Shown here one piece after another: positions 1-10,310 of a stretch of 41,575 bases of DNA. Made by a program: the position numbers and the translations under genes. The notes beneath the pieces are model-generated. The model was not told where the DNA came from. It made no database searches and was given only the letters and a program-made list of their open reading frames with translations. Positions within the stretch are counted from its first letter, which is position 1. Every line of letters starts with the position of its first letter. Source of the DNA: Eubacteriales bacterium (lineage in GTDB: Bacteria; Bacillota; Clostridia; Oscillospirales; CAG-272); the NCBI GenBank assembly GCA_045593485.1, contig JAZNWS010000157.1, positions 1 to 41,575 of the forward strand, in the 5' to 3' direction.

Positions 1-536
1 GAGTGCGTGGGAACGTCGGATTCGGACTCGAAAAATCTCGCGTTTGCCTTTATGGTGCTTTCGGTCAGCTTTTCAACGTGGGTGAAGGGGACGGGATTAT
101 CCGTAGGCTCGTTAAAGCCGATATGTCCGTTCTGACCGATACCAAGCACCTGAATGTCCATACCGCCAAGACGGTCAATGGTGTCCTCGTGAGCCTTGCA
201 GGCTGCCTCGGCATCCTCTGCCATTCCGTTGGGCACGTGAGTATTCTTTTTGTCAATATTGACGTGATCAAACAGATGATAATTCATAAAATAGCGATAG
301 CTCTGGTCGTTGTCGGGGGAGATGGGATAATACTCGTCAAGGTTTACGGAGCTTACCTGAGAAAAATCCAGCTCGCCGTTTTTGTAAAGCTCCACGAGGT
401 TTGCGTAAAGACCCTCGGGGGTGCTGCCCGTTGCGAGCCCGAGCACGCAATCAGGCTTGTTTTTGATAACTGCGGCAAGCATTTCTGCCGCTTTGTCTGA
501 CATTTCGTTGTAGTTTTTTACAACAATAACTTTCAT
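1..536 (-). CDS. nagB: glucosamine-6-phosphate deaminase (C-terminal part runs off the left window edge)
   Basis: Absent from the ORF track because it is truncated. Manual reverse translation from ATG (536-534) gives MKVIVVKNYNEMSDKAAEMLAAVIKNKPDCVLGLATGSTPEGLY..VNLDEYYP..VLGIGQNGHIGFNEP. These are the NagB-fold motifs. The plus-strand ORF 3..500 is its antisense shadow. Confidence 0.85.
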   Translation of the reverse strand, partial: MKVIVVKNYNEMSDKAAEMLAAVIKNKPDCVLGLATGSTPEGLYANLVELYKNGELDFSQVSSVNLDEYYPISPDNDQSYRYFMNYHLFDHVNIDKKNTHVPNGMAEDAEAACKAHEDTIDRLGGMDIQVLGIGQNGHIGFNEPTDNPVPFTHVEKLTESTIKANARFFESESDVPTH

Positions 537-554
537 AATTTACCTCACAAAAAA

Positions 555-1706
555 TCAGATTACTCGCACGCGGATAATACCGTCTGTGGAGTTAAGCTTT
601 GCAATAATATCGTCGTTTGCGTAGCCGACGATGTCAAGGATGGTATATGCTGCGTCTCCGCGAGATTTGTTGGTCATATTTTCAATGTTTATCTTGCACT
701 CCGAGAACGCCGCGGTGATAGTTGAGAGCATCGCGGGGATGTTTCTGTGGAGCACGCAGATACGGCAGTCTGCGCTTCGGGGCATTGAGACTGCGGGGAA
801 GTTGACGCTGTTTTTGATGTTTCCGTTTATAAGATAGTCGTCAAGCTGGAGGGCCGCCATGACTGCGCAGTTGTCCTCGGACTCCTCGGTGGATGCGCCG
901 AGGTGAGGGATAGCCACGACACCATTGACACCAAGTATTTCCTCGGTGGGAAAGTCGGTGACGTACGCGGACACCTTTCCGCTTGCAAGAGCGGACTTGA
1001 GGTCGTCTGCATTAACAAGGTCTGCGCGGGAGAAGTTGAGAATTTTCACGCCGTCCTTCATAAGCGCGATGGTTTCCTTATTTATCATACCCTTTGTCTG
1101 AGGCGTGGAGGGGACGTGAAGCGTGATAAAATCCGACTCGGTGTAAATGGTCTGGTACGTTGCGCCCTTGCGAACGTGGTGATTTAAGTTCCACGCGCCC
1201 TCAACAGAGAGGTAGGGGTCACAGCCAACGACGTCCATGCCGAGATGGACGGCGGTGTTTGCCACAAGTCCACCTATCGCGCCAAGACCGATAATTCCGA
1301 GAGTCTTGCCAAGCACCTCTGTGCCTGCGAATTGACTCTTGCCTTTCTCGACTGTCTTTGCGACGTCACTTGTCAGCGTCTTTGCCCACTCGATACCGCC
1401 TGTGACGTCACGAGCCGCGAGCATAAGACCGCAGATTACAAGCTCCTTGACTCCGTTTGCGTTTGCTCCGGGGGTGTTGAAAACTACGATGCCGTAGTCC
1501 GTGCACCTGTCAAGGGGAATGTTATTCACGCCTGCGCCCGCTCTTGCTATCGCGAGCAATTCGGGGTTGAATTCGTAGTCGTGCATAGCGGCAGAGCGCA
1601 CCATAATTGCATCGGGCGAATTGACGCTATCACCTACGTTGTATTTGTGTGCGGGAAGTCTGTCTGTTCCCACCTTTGCGATTTTATTGAGAAGCTTGAT
1701 GTTCAT
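555..1706 (-). CDS. serA: D-3-phosphoglycerate dehydrogenase with C-terminal ACT domain
   Basis: 383 aa. NAD-binding GxGxxG (LGIIGLGAIGG) and the 2-hydroxyacid dehydrogenase catalytic region (IPHLGASTEES). The C-terminal ~70 aa look ACT-like. It lies directly downstream of serC on the same strand. Confidence 0.9.
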   Translation of the reverse strand: MNIKLLNKIAKVGTDRLPAHKYNVGDSVNSPDAIMVRSAAMHDYEFNPELLAIARAGAGVNNIPLDRCTDYGIVVFNTPGANANGVKELVICGLMLAARDVTGGIEWAKTLTSDVAKTVEKGKSQFAGTEVLGKTLGIIGLGAIGGLVANTAVHLGMDVVGCDPYLSVEGAWNLNHHVRKGATYQTIYTESDFITLHVPSTPQTKGMINKETIALMKDGVKILNFSRADLVNADDLKSALASGKVSAYVTDFPTEEILGVNGVVAIPHLGASTEESEDNCAVMAALQLDDYLINGNIKNSVNFPAVSMPRSADCRICVLHRNIPAMLSTITAAFSECKINIENMTNKSRGDAAYTILDIVGYANDDIIAKLNSTDGIIRVRVI

Positions 1707-1726
1707 GCCTGTGGTTCCTTTCGCGC

Positions 1727-2824
1727 TTACGCCTTAGGATTTTCCTGTGCGAATTTTTTCATAAACTCAACGAGAGCGACGACTCCCTCGTAGGGCATGG
1801 CGTTATAAATTGACGCTCTCATGCCACCTACCGAGCGGTGTCCCTTGATGTTTTTAAGTCCTGCCGCCGACGCCTCGGACGCGAACTTTTTATCAAGCTC
1901 CGCATCTCCTGTGACGAACGTGACGTTCATAAGTGAGCGGGACTCGGGGTTTACGGGCGCTATGTAATAGGACTGACTGTCGAGGTAATCGTAAAGCAGC
2001 TTTGCTTTCTTTACGTTCATTTCTTTCATTACGTCAAGACCGCCAATGGAGAGAATCCATTCGTAAACCAGACCTGCCATATAGATAGCATAGCAGGGAG
2101 GAGTGTTATACATAGAGGCGCTGTCAGCCATAACCTTCCAATCAAGCATAGTGGGAATAGACTCGTCGGCATATCCGAGAAGATCCTCGCGGACTATGAC
2201 GAGCGTAAGGCCTGCGGGAGCCATATTCTTTTGAGCTCCTGCGTAGATGACGCCAAACTTTGACACGTCAACAGGCTCGGAGATAATGCAGGACGAAAGG
2301 TCTGCAACCAGCACAACGTCGCCCGTGTCGGGGATCTCGGGGAACTTTGTGCCGTAGATGGTGTTGTTAAAGCAGATGTGGAGATAGGAAGCGTCCTGAT
2401 CCACCATATCCCTTGTAATCGTGGGTACGCGAGTGAAATTCTCGTCCTTTGTTGTGGCGATACACCTTGCATCAAAGCCCATCTTCTGTGCTTCCTTATA
2501 GGCCTTGCCCGAGAACTGACCCGAAACTGCGTAAAGAGCCTTTTTTGCAGGCTTGAGGTTTATAAGGTTGAGCGGTATTGCCGAGAACTGCGTTGACGCG
2601 CCGCCCTGAAGAAACAGCACCTTGTAGTTGTCGGGAATATTCATAAGCAAGCGGAGATTTGCCTCAGCATCTGCAATGATTTTCTCGTAGTCGGGTGAGC
2701 GGTGGCTCATCTCCATTACCGACATACCCGAGCTGCCGTAGCACAAAAGCTCGCTCTGCGCGCGCTCAAGGACGGGGATGGGGAGCATTGATGGACCTGC
2801 CGAAAAATTGTAAACTCTGTTCAT
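1727..2824 (-). CDS. serC: phosphoserine aminotransferase
   Basis: I placed the start at the internal Met (MNRVYNFSAGPSMLP), which is preceded by GGAGG. PLP-lysine region GAQKNMAPAGLT. 365 aa. Confidence 0.9.
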   Translation of the reverse strand: MNRVYNFSAGPSMLPIPVLERAQSELLCYGSSGMSVMEMSHRSPDYEKIIADAEANLRLLMNIPDNYKVLFLQGGASTQFSAIPLNLINLKPAKKALYAVSGQFSGKAYKEAQKMGFDARCIATTKDENFTRVPTITRDMVDQDASYLHICFNNTIYGTKFPEIPDTGDVVLVADLSSCIISEPVDVSKFGVIYAGAQKNMAPAGLTLVIVREDLLGYADESIPTMLDWKVMADSASMYNTPPCYAIYMAGLVYEWILSIGGLDVMKEMNVKKAKLLYDYLDSQSYYIAPVNPESRSLMNVTFVTGDAELDKKFASEASAAGLKNIKGHRSVGGMRASIYNAMPYEGVVALVEFMKKFAQENPKA

Positions 2825-2886
2825 AGGAAAGACCTCCGCGGGAAAACGCGAAGCCTTGCGTCCGCGCAAGACTTATATTAATACTC

Positions 2887-2915
2887 ATTATATATCAAAA
2901 GCGGGGAGCAGTCAA
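2887..2915 (-). promoter_or_regulatory. sigma-A type promoter for serC-serA (TTGACT-17-TATAAT)
   Basis: Read on the minus strand: ttgact gctccccgcttttgata tataat, about 60 nt upstream of the serC ATG. Confidence 0.5.
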
Positions 2916-3047
2916 TAAATAAATTTTAAGTTTGTATATTTTAACATAAAAAGGCGGAGGATAATTAGAATTTTATGCACTTTTAAAGGCTTTGCAAAAG
3001 CACGTAAGGCTTAACGCACCCCACCGCCTCAAACTTGCAGAAAATCA

Positions 3048-3076
3048 TTGACAAGGCTTACTTTTTTTGATATAAT
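3048..3076 (+). promoter_or_regulatory. consensus sigma-A promoter with extended -10 (TTGACA-17-TGnTATAAT)
   Basis: ttgaca at 3048-3053, a 17-nt spacer ending in tga, and tataat at 3071-3076. It lies upstream of the isomerase-cysS-gtrA unit. Confidence 0.55.
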
Positions 3077-3160
3077 TAGATTAGCTATGAGCAGTTGAAG
3101 GGCTGAGTGTGTCAGCCAACCCCGAAGACTGCGAGAAATTCTACAAAAAGGAGGAATATC

Positions 3161-4018
3161 ATGTCAAAAATCAGAATTTGCGCGCCGTCAAGAATATATT
3201 CGGATCATCCAAGCGGAAGATTTTCCGTCACGGGAATGATAGATTATATGTCGAAAATAGGATTTGACGGCGTTGATATGTCGTTCGACGGCCTGAGCGC
3301 GTCCGACGATTCATACAAGACGGTGCTTTATGCGGCAAAGCAAAGAGCGATGCAGAAAAATCTGGATATTCCGTCCTGCCATTTGCCTTTTTATATGCCG
3401 GACCCAATGGATAAGGTCGCGATGGAGAGATACTCGCGCGATGTAAGAGCGGGAATAGACGCGGCGGCTAAAATGGGCATACCGCTCGCGGTCATACACC
3501 CCATCGCGCTCCATCAAAAAAGATTTGGCGCAGAGGTGTGGGCAAGAGCAAATATGGAATTTTTGACCCCTATATGCGAGTATGCTGATAAAAAGGGAGT
3601 AAAGCTTTGTATTGAAAATATGGCAAGCTCCTGCGAGGATAACGGAGACCACCTTTTCGGATGTACCGCGGCGGAGATTCTGTCGCTTGCAGAGGCGCTT
3701 GACGCGGGAGTTTGCTGGGACTTCGGCCACGCAAACATTTCGGGAAGACCCATAGACGACGTTTTGTGTCTGAAGGACAGACTTATGACGGTCCACGCGC
3801 ATGATAATAACACTTATACCGATTCACATATGATGCCCTTTGACGGTAGGATAAATTGGGAGGCTGTAGCAAAAGCGCTTTCGCAGATCGGATATAACGG
3901 ATATCTCAATATCGAGGTCAGAGCGTGGGATATACCGAGTGACGCCCACGTGCGCGAGGATTTTGGGCGAAGGATACTTTTCGTCGGGCAGAAAATTGCC
4001 AGACTTATTGAGAGCTGA
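3161..4018 (+). CDS. sugar phosphate isomerase/epimerase (xylose isomerase-like TIM barrel family)
   Basis: Start at MSKIRICAP, preceded by AGGAGG. 285 aa. Typical family pattern (GFDGVD, AVIHP, LCIEN, DFGHAN, HAHDN, LNIEV). Confidence 0.8.
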   Translation: MSKIRICAPSRIYSDHPSGRFSVTGMIDYMSKIGFDGVDMSFDGLSASDDSYKTVLYAAKQRAMQKNLDIPSCHLPFYMPDPMDKVAMERYSRDVRAGIDAAAKMGIPLAVIHPIALHQKRFGAEVWARANMEFLTPICEYADKKGVKLCIENMASSCEDNGDHLFGCTAAEILSLAEALDAGVCWDFGHANISGRPIDDVLCLKDRLMTVHAHDNNTYTDSHMMPFDGRINWEAVAKALSQIGYNGYLNIEVRAWDIPSDAHVREDFGRRILFVGQKIARLIES

Positions 4019-4030
4019 TAGGAGAAAATT

Positions 4031-5482
4031 ATGATTTTATATAATTCTGCAACAAGAAAAAGAGAAGAATTTATACCGCGAGAGGCGGGTAAGGTCAGCA
4101 TGTATACCTGCGGACCTACCGTTTACCATTTCGCGCATATAGGAAACCTCCGCACCTATATTATGGAGGACGTGCTGGAGAAATATTTTGCGTACAGCGG
4201 ACTTGACGTCACACGCGTTATGAACATTACCGACGTTGGACACCTGTCCAGTGACGGTGACACGGGTGAGGATAAGATGCTCAAGGGAGCGAAGCGTGAG
4301 AAAAAGACGGTGCTTGAAATAGCAAAATTCTATACCGACGCATTCTTTGCGGACTGCGAAAAGCTCAACATCAAAAAGCCCGATATAATTGCGCCCGCAA
4401 CGGGATGTATTCCCGAGTTTATTGCGCTTGTTGAGGGACTTCTTGAGCGAGGATTTGCTTACGTGGCGGGCGGAAATGTTTATTTTGACACGTCAAAGCT
4501 TGAGCAGTATTACATTTTCAACGACTTTGAGGAGGAGGACCTTGAGGTAGGTGTCCGAGAGGGAGTTGAGGGTGACGATAACAAGAAAAATAAGGCGGAT
4601 TTCGTGCTTTGGTTTACAAAATCCAAGTTTGATTCGCAGGAGCTCAAGTGGGATTCCCCCTGGGGAGTTGGTTATCCCGGCTGGCATATTGAGTGTTCGG
4701 GAATAAGTATGAAATATCTTGGCGAATATCTTGATATACACTGCGGCGGAATTGACAATCAGTTCCCTCATCATACAAACGAGATAGCGCAGACCGAGTC
4801 GTTTGTGGGACATAAGTGGTGCAATTATTGGTTCCACGTATATCACCTCAACACAAGCTCGGGCAAGATGTCAAAGTCCGCGGGTGAATTCCTGACGGTC
4901 TCCTTGCTTGAATCCAAGGGATATGACCCGCTTGCATACAGATTCTTCTGCTTGCAGTCTCATTACAGAAAGAATCTTGTTTTCTCTTATGAAAACCTTG
5001 ATAACTCAACGGTTTCCTACAACAAGCTCATAGCAAGACTCGCTCAGCTTGACGAAAATGACGGTGAGCTTGACGTCGAGGCCTTCGAGCGGGGCAAAAA
5101 GAGATTTACAGACGCGCTTGACAACGACCTTAACACCTCGCTTGCGATAACCGCGCTTTACGACGTTCTCAAGCTCAAGACCAACGGAAGAACAAAGCTC
5201 GCGCTGGTTGCGGACTTTGACAGGGTTCTGTCCTGCGGACTTATTGAGGCGGCGGCAAAGGTAAGAGACGAGAAGAAGGCAGAAGAGGCAAAGGCAAAGG
5301 CGGCTGTGTCTTACGACGAGAGCGATCCGTTCGTTCAGGAAATTCTTTCGCTTATTGAGCAGAGAAAGCAGGCAAAGAAGGACAAAAATTTTGCCGAGGC
5401 AGACCGCATTCGTCAGTATCTTCTGGACAAGGGCGTCACGCTTATAGACTCTCGCGAGGGAACGACATTCAAAATCGGATAA
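4031..5482 (+). CDS. cysS: cysteine--tRNA ligase
   Basis: 483 aa. MYTCGPTVYHFAHIGNLRTY (HIGH-type motif), GKMSKSAG (KMSKS) and WHIECS. Confidence 0.95.
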   Translation: MILYNSATRKREEFIPREAGKVSMYTCGPTVYHFAHIGNLRTYIMEDVLEKYFAYSGLDVTRVMNITDVGHLSSDGDTGEDKMLKGAKREKKTVLEIAKFYTDAFFADCEKLNIKKPDIIAPATGCIPEFIALVEGLLERGFAYVAGGNVYFDTSKLEQYYIFNDFEEEDLEVGVREGVEGDDNKKNKADFVLWFTKSKFDSQELKWDSPWGVGYPGWHIECSGISMKYLGEYLDIHCGGIDNQFPHHTNEIAQTESFVGHKWCNYWFHVYHLNTSSGKMSKSAGEFLTVSLLESKGYDPLAYRFFCLQSHYRKNLVFSYENLDNSTVSYNKLIARLAQLDENDGELDVEAFERGKKRFTDALDNDLNTSLAITALYDVLKLKTNGRTKLALVADFDRVLSCGLIEAAAKVRDEKKAEEAKAKAAVSYDESDPFVQEILSLIEQRKQAKKDKNFAEADRIRQYLLDKGVTLIDSREGTTFKIG

Positions 5483-5494
5483 TTGGAGAGAAGA

Positions 5495-6016
5495 ATGTCT
5501 AAAATAAAGGAATTTTACGAAAAACACAGGGTTGTAATAAAATATCTTTTCTTTGGAGTTTGCACAACCATCGTATCCTTTTCGGTTTTCTATCTTACGC
5601 TTTGGATAGGCAAGGTCGTCTTTGGCGCGCTTGAGAACGGAAAGGACAGCGCAAGATATCTCGCGACGAATATTATCGCAAACATTCTCAAATGGTGCTC
5701 GGGTGTCCTGGTCGCGTTTTACACCAACAAAAAGTGGGTGTTTACCGAGGCGGACAAGGACGTGTCCACAGGCAAGCAGCTCCTGATTTTTGCCGAGGGC
5801 AGAGTTCTGACGCTGCTGCTCTCGCTCGTGCTTCAGTATCTGCTTGAGCTTTTGTTTGCGTCAATAATTACGAGAGACCTCACGCTGCTCGGAATAACTC
5901 TTTCTGCGGAAATACTCGGCACGACGGCTGCGCTTGCGATATACTCCGTCATCGAGATAATAGCCAATTATTATTTCAGCAAATTTTTCGTATTCAAGAG
6001 CAAGGCTCAAAAATAA
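5495..6016 (+). CDS. GtrA-family membrane protein
   Basis: I preferred the ATG at 5495 (GGAGAG upstream) over the TTG at 5483. 173 aa with four hydrophobic segments. The N-terminus (KYLFFGVCTTIVSFSVFY) and C-terminus (ANYYFSKFFVFK) are typical of GtrA-like proteins. Confidence 0.7.
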   Translation: MSKIKEFYEKHRVVIKYLFFGVCTTIVSFSVFYLTLWIGKVVFGALENGKDSARYLATNIIANILKWCSGVLVAFYTNKKWVFTEADKDVSTGKQLLIFAEGRVLTLLLSLVLQYLLELLFASIITRDLTLLGITLSAEILGTTAALAIYSVIEIIANYYFSKFFVFKSKAQK

Positions 6017-6029
6017 TATAAACACAGGT

Positions 6030-6070
6030 CATGTCGGAGGGGAAAATACCCCCTTCGGCATGATTTTTGT
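6030..6070 (+). terminator. intrinsic terminator after gtrA-like gene
   Basis: catgtcggagggg / ccccttcggcatg hairpin followed by TTTTT. Confidence 0.6.
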
Positions 6071-6122
6071 GTGCAAAAGCGAACAAAGAATGAACATTAA
6101 GTAAATAATTGTTCACAAAAAC

Positions 6123-6151
6123 TTGACAAGATATTGAAAGCATATTAAAAT
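6123..6151 (+). promoter_or_regulatory. candidate sigma-A promoter (TTGACA-17-TAAAAT) for the yicC cluster
   Basis: ttgaca at 6123-6128 and taaaat at 6146-6151. Confidence 0.4.
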
Positions 6152-6188
6152 AATTATATATGCGCAAATTTACGCGGGAGGCTGATTT

Positions 6189-7073
6189 ATGCTGAAAAGT
6201 ATGACGTCCTTCGGGCGAAGTCGCCAGACGGTCGGGGGAAAGGATATTACGGTCGAGATAAAGTCTGTCAATAACAGATATTTTGACTGTCAGGTAAAGC
6301 TACCGAGAGTTTATTCTCATCTGGAGCAAAAAATAAAGCCCTATCTTCAGGGAAAGGGAATATCGCGCGGTAAGGTGGACGTATTTATTTCGGTTGAGTT
6401 TACCGAGTCAGCGGATACCGAGATCACGGTAAACACCGAATATGCACAGAATTATATAGCGGCTCTGAAAAAGCTCAAGGAGGACTTTGGGCTCTCGGGC
6501 GAGATAACTGTGATGGACGTGGCAAAGGCGCCCGACGTGCTGACCTTCAGAAAAAAGGATGATGACACACGCGATTGGGAGGACCTTGAAGCAGTTCTTT
6601 CTGCGGCTGTGGATGCGTTTATAGGAGCGAGGATTTCCGAGGGCGAAAGAATAAAGAGCGATCTTGCTGCCAAGGCGGCTCACATACAGACCGTTGTGGA
6701 AAAGATAAAGGAATTATCCGAGCAGGACATTGGCGGATATAAGTCGAGGCTTGAGGAAAAGCTCCGCGCGGTGCTTGCCGATAATAACGTGACGGTGGAC
6801 GAGAGCAGAATTCTTACCGAGTGCGCCATCTATGCGGATAAGGCGGCGATAGACGAGGAGCTTGTAAGACTCAATTCGCATTTTGTAGCGTTCTACAATT
6901 ATCTTGACTCAAACGAGCCTGTGGGAAGAAGTCTTGACTTCTTGCTTCAGGAAATGAACCGCGAGATAAATACGACGGGCTCAAAGTGTGTAAATTCCGA
7001 TATCGCAAGGCTTGTTGTAGAGGTCAAGACAGAGCTTGAAAAGATCCGCGAGCAGATACAGAACATAGAGTAA
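6189..7073 (+). CDS. yicC: YicC/YloC family stress-induced protein
   Basis: 294 aa. N-terminus MLKSMTSFGR...EIKSVNNRYFD and C-terminus EMNREINTTGSK..EVKTELEKIREQIQNIE are hallmarks of the YicC family. Confidence 0.85.
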   Translation: MLKSMTSFGRSRQTVGGKDITVEIKSVNNRYFDCQVKLPRVYSHLEQKIKPYLQGKGISRGKVDVFISVEFTESADTEITVNTEYAQNYIAALKKLKEDFGLSGEITVMDVAKAPDVLTFRKKDDDTRDWEDLEAVLSAAVDAFIGARISEGERIKSDLAAKAAHIQTVVEKIKELSEQDIGGYKSRLEEKLRAVLADNNVTVDESRILTECAIYADKAAIDEELVRLNSHFVAFYNYLDSNEPVGRSLDFLLQEMNREINTTGSKCVNSDIARLVVEVKTELEKIREQIQNIE

Positions 7074-7110
7074 GAGCAGAGAGCAACAAAGATAGCCAAA
7101 AGGAGAAAAA

Positions 7111-7383
7111 ATGAAATTTATAAATATCGGATACGGCAACATGATAGCCGTTGAAAGAATAGTTGCAATCGCGAGTCCCGAGAGCGCGCCTATAAAGCGT
7201 CTTATTCAGGACTCAAAGGACGCAGGCAGAGTTATTGACGTCACCTGCGGAAGAAAGACCAGAGCGGTGGTAATAACCGACTCCGACCATGTGATACTCT
7301 CAATGCTTCAGGCGGAGACTATCGCAAACAGACTTGACTCCGAGGATACGCTTGTTGAGGAAGACGCGACCGACGAGGACTAA
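7111..7383 (+). CDS. remA: RemA/YlzA (DUF370) regulator
   Basis: 90 aa. [59 protein letters not shown]. The position after yicC is conserved. Confidence 0.85.
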   Translation: MKFINIGYGNMIAVERIVAIASPESAPIKRLIQDSKDAGRVIDVTCGRKTRAVVITDSDHVILSMLQAETIANRLDSEDTLVEEDATDED

Positions 7384-7429
7384 AAAAAGAAAAAACAAAT
7401 CAATTTATATAACGAAAGAGGAAAATTTT

Positions 7430-7732
7430 ATGCTTTATCCAACGATAAACGAGCTTACAAAGGGACAATTCAACAGATACGAGCTTTCGCTTGCAACCGC
7501 AAAGTGCGCGCGCATAGTGACAGACGAATACGTAAAGCAGCGTGAGGATGCGGAGCACGCAAATGCAAACGGCAAGGATGGAGATCATCCCGTCAACAAT
7601 ATGATCGACAAGGAGCTTCGCGACGATAAGGCGGTAAAGACCGCTATAAGAAGAATTCACGAGGGCGACTACGTTATCGTCAGACGTGAAAATCAGAGCG
7701 CGGCAGCAGAGGTCGAGGAAGATTTCGAATAA
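7430..7732 (+). CDS. rpoZ: DNA-directed RNA polymerase subunit omega
   Basis: The internal ATG at 7430 follows AAGAGGAAAA. 100 aa. MLYPTINELTKGQFNRYELSLATAKCARIV is typical of clostridial RpoZ. The position before priA is conserved. Confidence 0.8.
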   Translation: MLYPTINELTKGQFNRYELSLATAKCARIVTDEYVKQREDAEHANANGKDGDHPVNNMIDKELRDDKAVKTAIRRIHEGDYVIVRRENQSAAAEVEEDFE

Positions 7733-7776
7733 TTCTCACAGCAAAAAGAGTGGGGATACTGTAAGGAGGTGTAGCT

Positions 7777-10251
7777 ATGCAACAGGGATCTTGCGCAAAT
7801 TACGAATACGTATCGGTGTATTTGCTTGACAGTCCGTATGCAATAGACACCTCCTATGATTATTTTCTGCCTATTGATCTGCGCGGCAAAATACAAAGAG
7901 GCTCGTTTGTGACAGTGCCATTCGGCCGCACGAACCGCAAGCAAATGGCAGTAGTCTGGGAGCTTATGAGCGCAAGCCAGCACAAAAATCCCAAGGCGGT
8001 AATAGATATTTGTCCCGACAGGGCGCCCTTGTCCGACGAGATGCTGGGGCTTTGTATGTATATGAAGACACAGACTCTTTGTACGATGGGAGATGCGGTA
8101 AGATGTGTTGTCCCCGCGGCGGCGCTGGGCAGACTTACTGAGTATTATTCGCCGATCGCAGAGATGATGCCAAACGCCTCTGCGGGATTTACACCTGCGG
8201 ATCTGTTTGTTTACGACTATATTTTGTCAAAGGGCTCTGTGAGTCTGGATATGCTCAAGGGCAGATTTGGCGCGGTCGCGGCAGGTGAGTCTGTTGAAAA
8301 ACTGCTTTCAAAGCAGGTTATAAAAAAGACCGTGGAAAGCGGCAGAGTTTCGGGCGAGATATACGAAAACTTTTATTATCTTGACAAGGCTGCGCTTGAA
8401 AACATGAAGATAACCGCTCAAAAGCAGAAAATAATAATTGAGATACTTTCGGATGGCAAGGAAAGAAAGCTTGAGGAAATACTTTCTGTAAGCAACACGA
8501 CCGACGCGCCCGTAAAGACTCTTATTCAAAAGGGAGTCATAATAAAACGTCGCGAGCGCAGATACAGAGAAGCTATATCGGGGGATATAGGACAGCCGAC
8601 GCAGTACGTGCTGAATACAGAGCAAAAGGCGGCGGCGGACAGAATATGTGAGCATATAAGCTCGCGTAAGCCTAAAGCCGTATTACTTCACGGAGTCACG
8701 GGAAGCGGAAAGACCAGCGTTATCGTGACTGCCATTGACAAAGCTATAAAAGAGGGCAGAGGAGTAATAGTGCTCCTGCCCGAGATAGCGTTGACACCGC
8801 AGACGCTTGGTATATTCCGTTCAAGATACGGACAGCGGGTTTCTCTCGTTCACTCGGGACTTTCCGCGGGCGAGAGATTTGATGCCTATTCGAAAATAAA
8901 GTCGGGCGAGGCGGATATAGTTATCGGCACGCGCTCGGCGGTGTTCTCTCCCGTAAAAAATCTTGGACTTATAATTATAGACGAGGAGCACGAGGCTACG
9001 TATAAATCCGAAAGCTCCCCGAAATATCACGCAAAAGATATTGCGAGATACAGATGCGCGTATAGCGGAGCGGTGATGCTTTTGTCGTCGGCGACTCCGT
9101 CGCTTGAGAGCTACTCAAAGGCTCTTGAGGGAAAATACGAATTACTCAAGCTCACAGAGAGATACGGGAACGCCAAGCTTCCCGAGGTAAAGGTATACGA
9201 CATGCGACGCGAGGCGAGAGTTGGCAACACCTCGCCACTTGGGTCGGAGCTTATAGGCAGACTCAAGGAGGTTATCTCGCGCGGCGAGCAGGCAGTGCTG
9301 TTTTTAAACAGGCGCGGATATAATACCGCGGTGAGCTGCAGAAGCTGTGGCGAGGCGGTGCTTTGTCCTCATTGCTCGGTGTCAATGAGCTACCACGCGG
9401 AGCAGGGCGACCACGAAAGAGGATTTTTGTTCTGCCATTGGTGCGGAACTAAAATGAGAATGCCCGAGACTTGTCCGTCCTGCGGATCGGAGCATATGGC
9501 GCGCATCGGATTTGGCACGCAGAGAATAGAAAAGGAGCTTTCGCTCCTTCTCCCCGAGGTAAGAATACTGCGACTTGACGCGGATTCCACGTCGGGTAAA
9601 AACTCATCGCGCGAGTTGCTTGACAGCTTCCGCAGAGGCGAAGCGGATATTCTGCTTGGTACTCAGATGGTCACAAAGGGACACGATTTTCCAAACGTCA
9701 CATTGGTCGGTGTGCTTTTGGCGGATATGTCGCTTTATCTTGACGACTACCACGCAAACGAGCGCACGTTTTCAATGCTTGCTCAGGTAATAGGCAGAGC
9801 GGGACGAGCCGAGAAGAGCGGAGTTGCGGTTATTCAGACGAACAACCCCGACAACGACACTATAAAGCTTGCCTGCGCACAGAATTACGAGGAGTTTTAC
9901 AAGTCAGAGATAAGACTTCGCAAACTTTTGACGTTCCCGCCCTATTGCGATATTGCGGTACTTACTGTCGTATCGGCAGACGAGAAGCAGGCGCTGCTTA
10001 TCTCAACAAAGCTGTCGAGCGAGATAAAGAGGCTGACCGAGAATGGCTTTTCCGATATTCCGCTTGAGGTGTTCGGGCCGTTCGAGGCGCCCGTATATAA
10101 GGTCGAGGAAAAATACAGACTGCGTATGATAATAAAATGCCGACTTACCAAAAAGAGCCGACTGTTCTTTGAGGAGCTTATGCGGAGCTTCAGTAAGGAA
10201 GGAAAGGACAAGAGTATACTTAGCATAGACTTTAATCCCACGGGACTTTGA
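7777..10251 (+). CDS. priA: primosomal protein N' (replication restart helicase)
   Basis: 824 aa. Walker A GVTGSGKT, DEEH box and a Cys-rich zinc region CRSCG..CPHC..CHWCG..CPSCG. Confidence 0.95.
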   Translation: MQQGSCANYEYVSVYLLDSPYAIDTSYDYFLPIDLRGKIQRGSFVTVPFGRTNRKQMAVVWELMSASQHKNPKAVIDICPDRAPLSDEMLGLCMYMKTQTLCTMGDAVRCVVPAAALGRLTEYYSPIAEMMPNASAGFTPADLFVYDYILSKGSVSLDMLKGRFGAVAAGESVEKLLSKQVIKKTVESGRVSGEIYENFYYLDKAALENMKITAQKQKIIIEILSDGKERKLEEILSVSNTTDAPVKTLIQKGVIIKRRERRYREAISGDIGQPTQYVLNTEQKAAADRICEHISSRKPKAVLLHGVTGSGKTSVIVTAIDKAIKEGRGVIVLLPEIALTPQTLGIFRSRYGQRVSLVHSGLSAGERFDAYSKIKSGEADIVIGTRSAVFSPVKNLGLIIIDEEHEATYKSESSPKYHAKDIARYRCAYSGAVMLLSSATPSLESYSKALEGKYELLKLTERYGNAKLPEVKVYDMRREARVGNTSPLGSELIGRLKEVISRGEQAVLFLNRRGYNTAVSCRSCGEAVLCPHCSVSMSYHAEQGDHERGFLFCHWCGTKMRMPETCPSCGSEHMARIGFGTQRIEKELSLLLPEVRILRLDADSTSGKNSSRELLDSFRRGEADILLGTQMVTKGHDFPNVTLVGVLLADMSLYLDDYHANERTFSMLAQVIGRAGRAEKSGVAVIQTNNPDNDTIKLACAQNYEEFYKSEIRLRKLLTFPPYCDIAVLTVVSADEKQALLISTKLSSEIKRLTENGFSDIPLEVFGPFEAPVYKVEEKYRLRMIIKCRLTKKSRLFFEELMRSFSKEGKDKSILSIDFNPTGL

Positions 10252-10310
10252 TAGAGTGCAGAGCGCAGAGTATAACGAAACGAAATTAACAAGAAAGAAG
10301 GTTTATATAA

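Noticed and set aside
3-500. A 165-aa plus-strand ORF at the left edge.
   Set aside because: It is antisense to a clear nagB coding sequence that I read manually on the minus strand. It has no recognisable motifs.
3077-3160. I looked for a T-box or other riboswitch ahead of the isomerase-cysS unit, because cysS is often T-box controlled in Firmicutes.
   Set aside because: The leader is only ~80 nt. It holds a small nested hairpin (gcagt..ggctga gtgtg tcagcc..actgc, 3091-3132). There is no specifier loop, T-box sequence or terminator/antiterminator pair.
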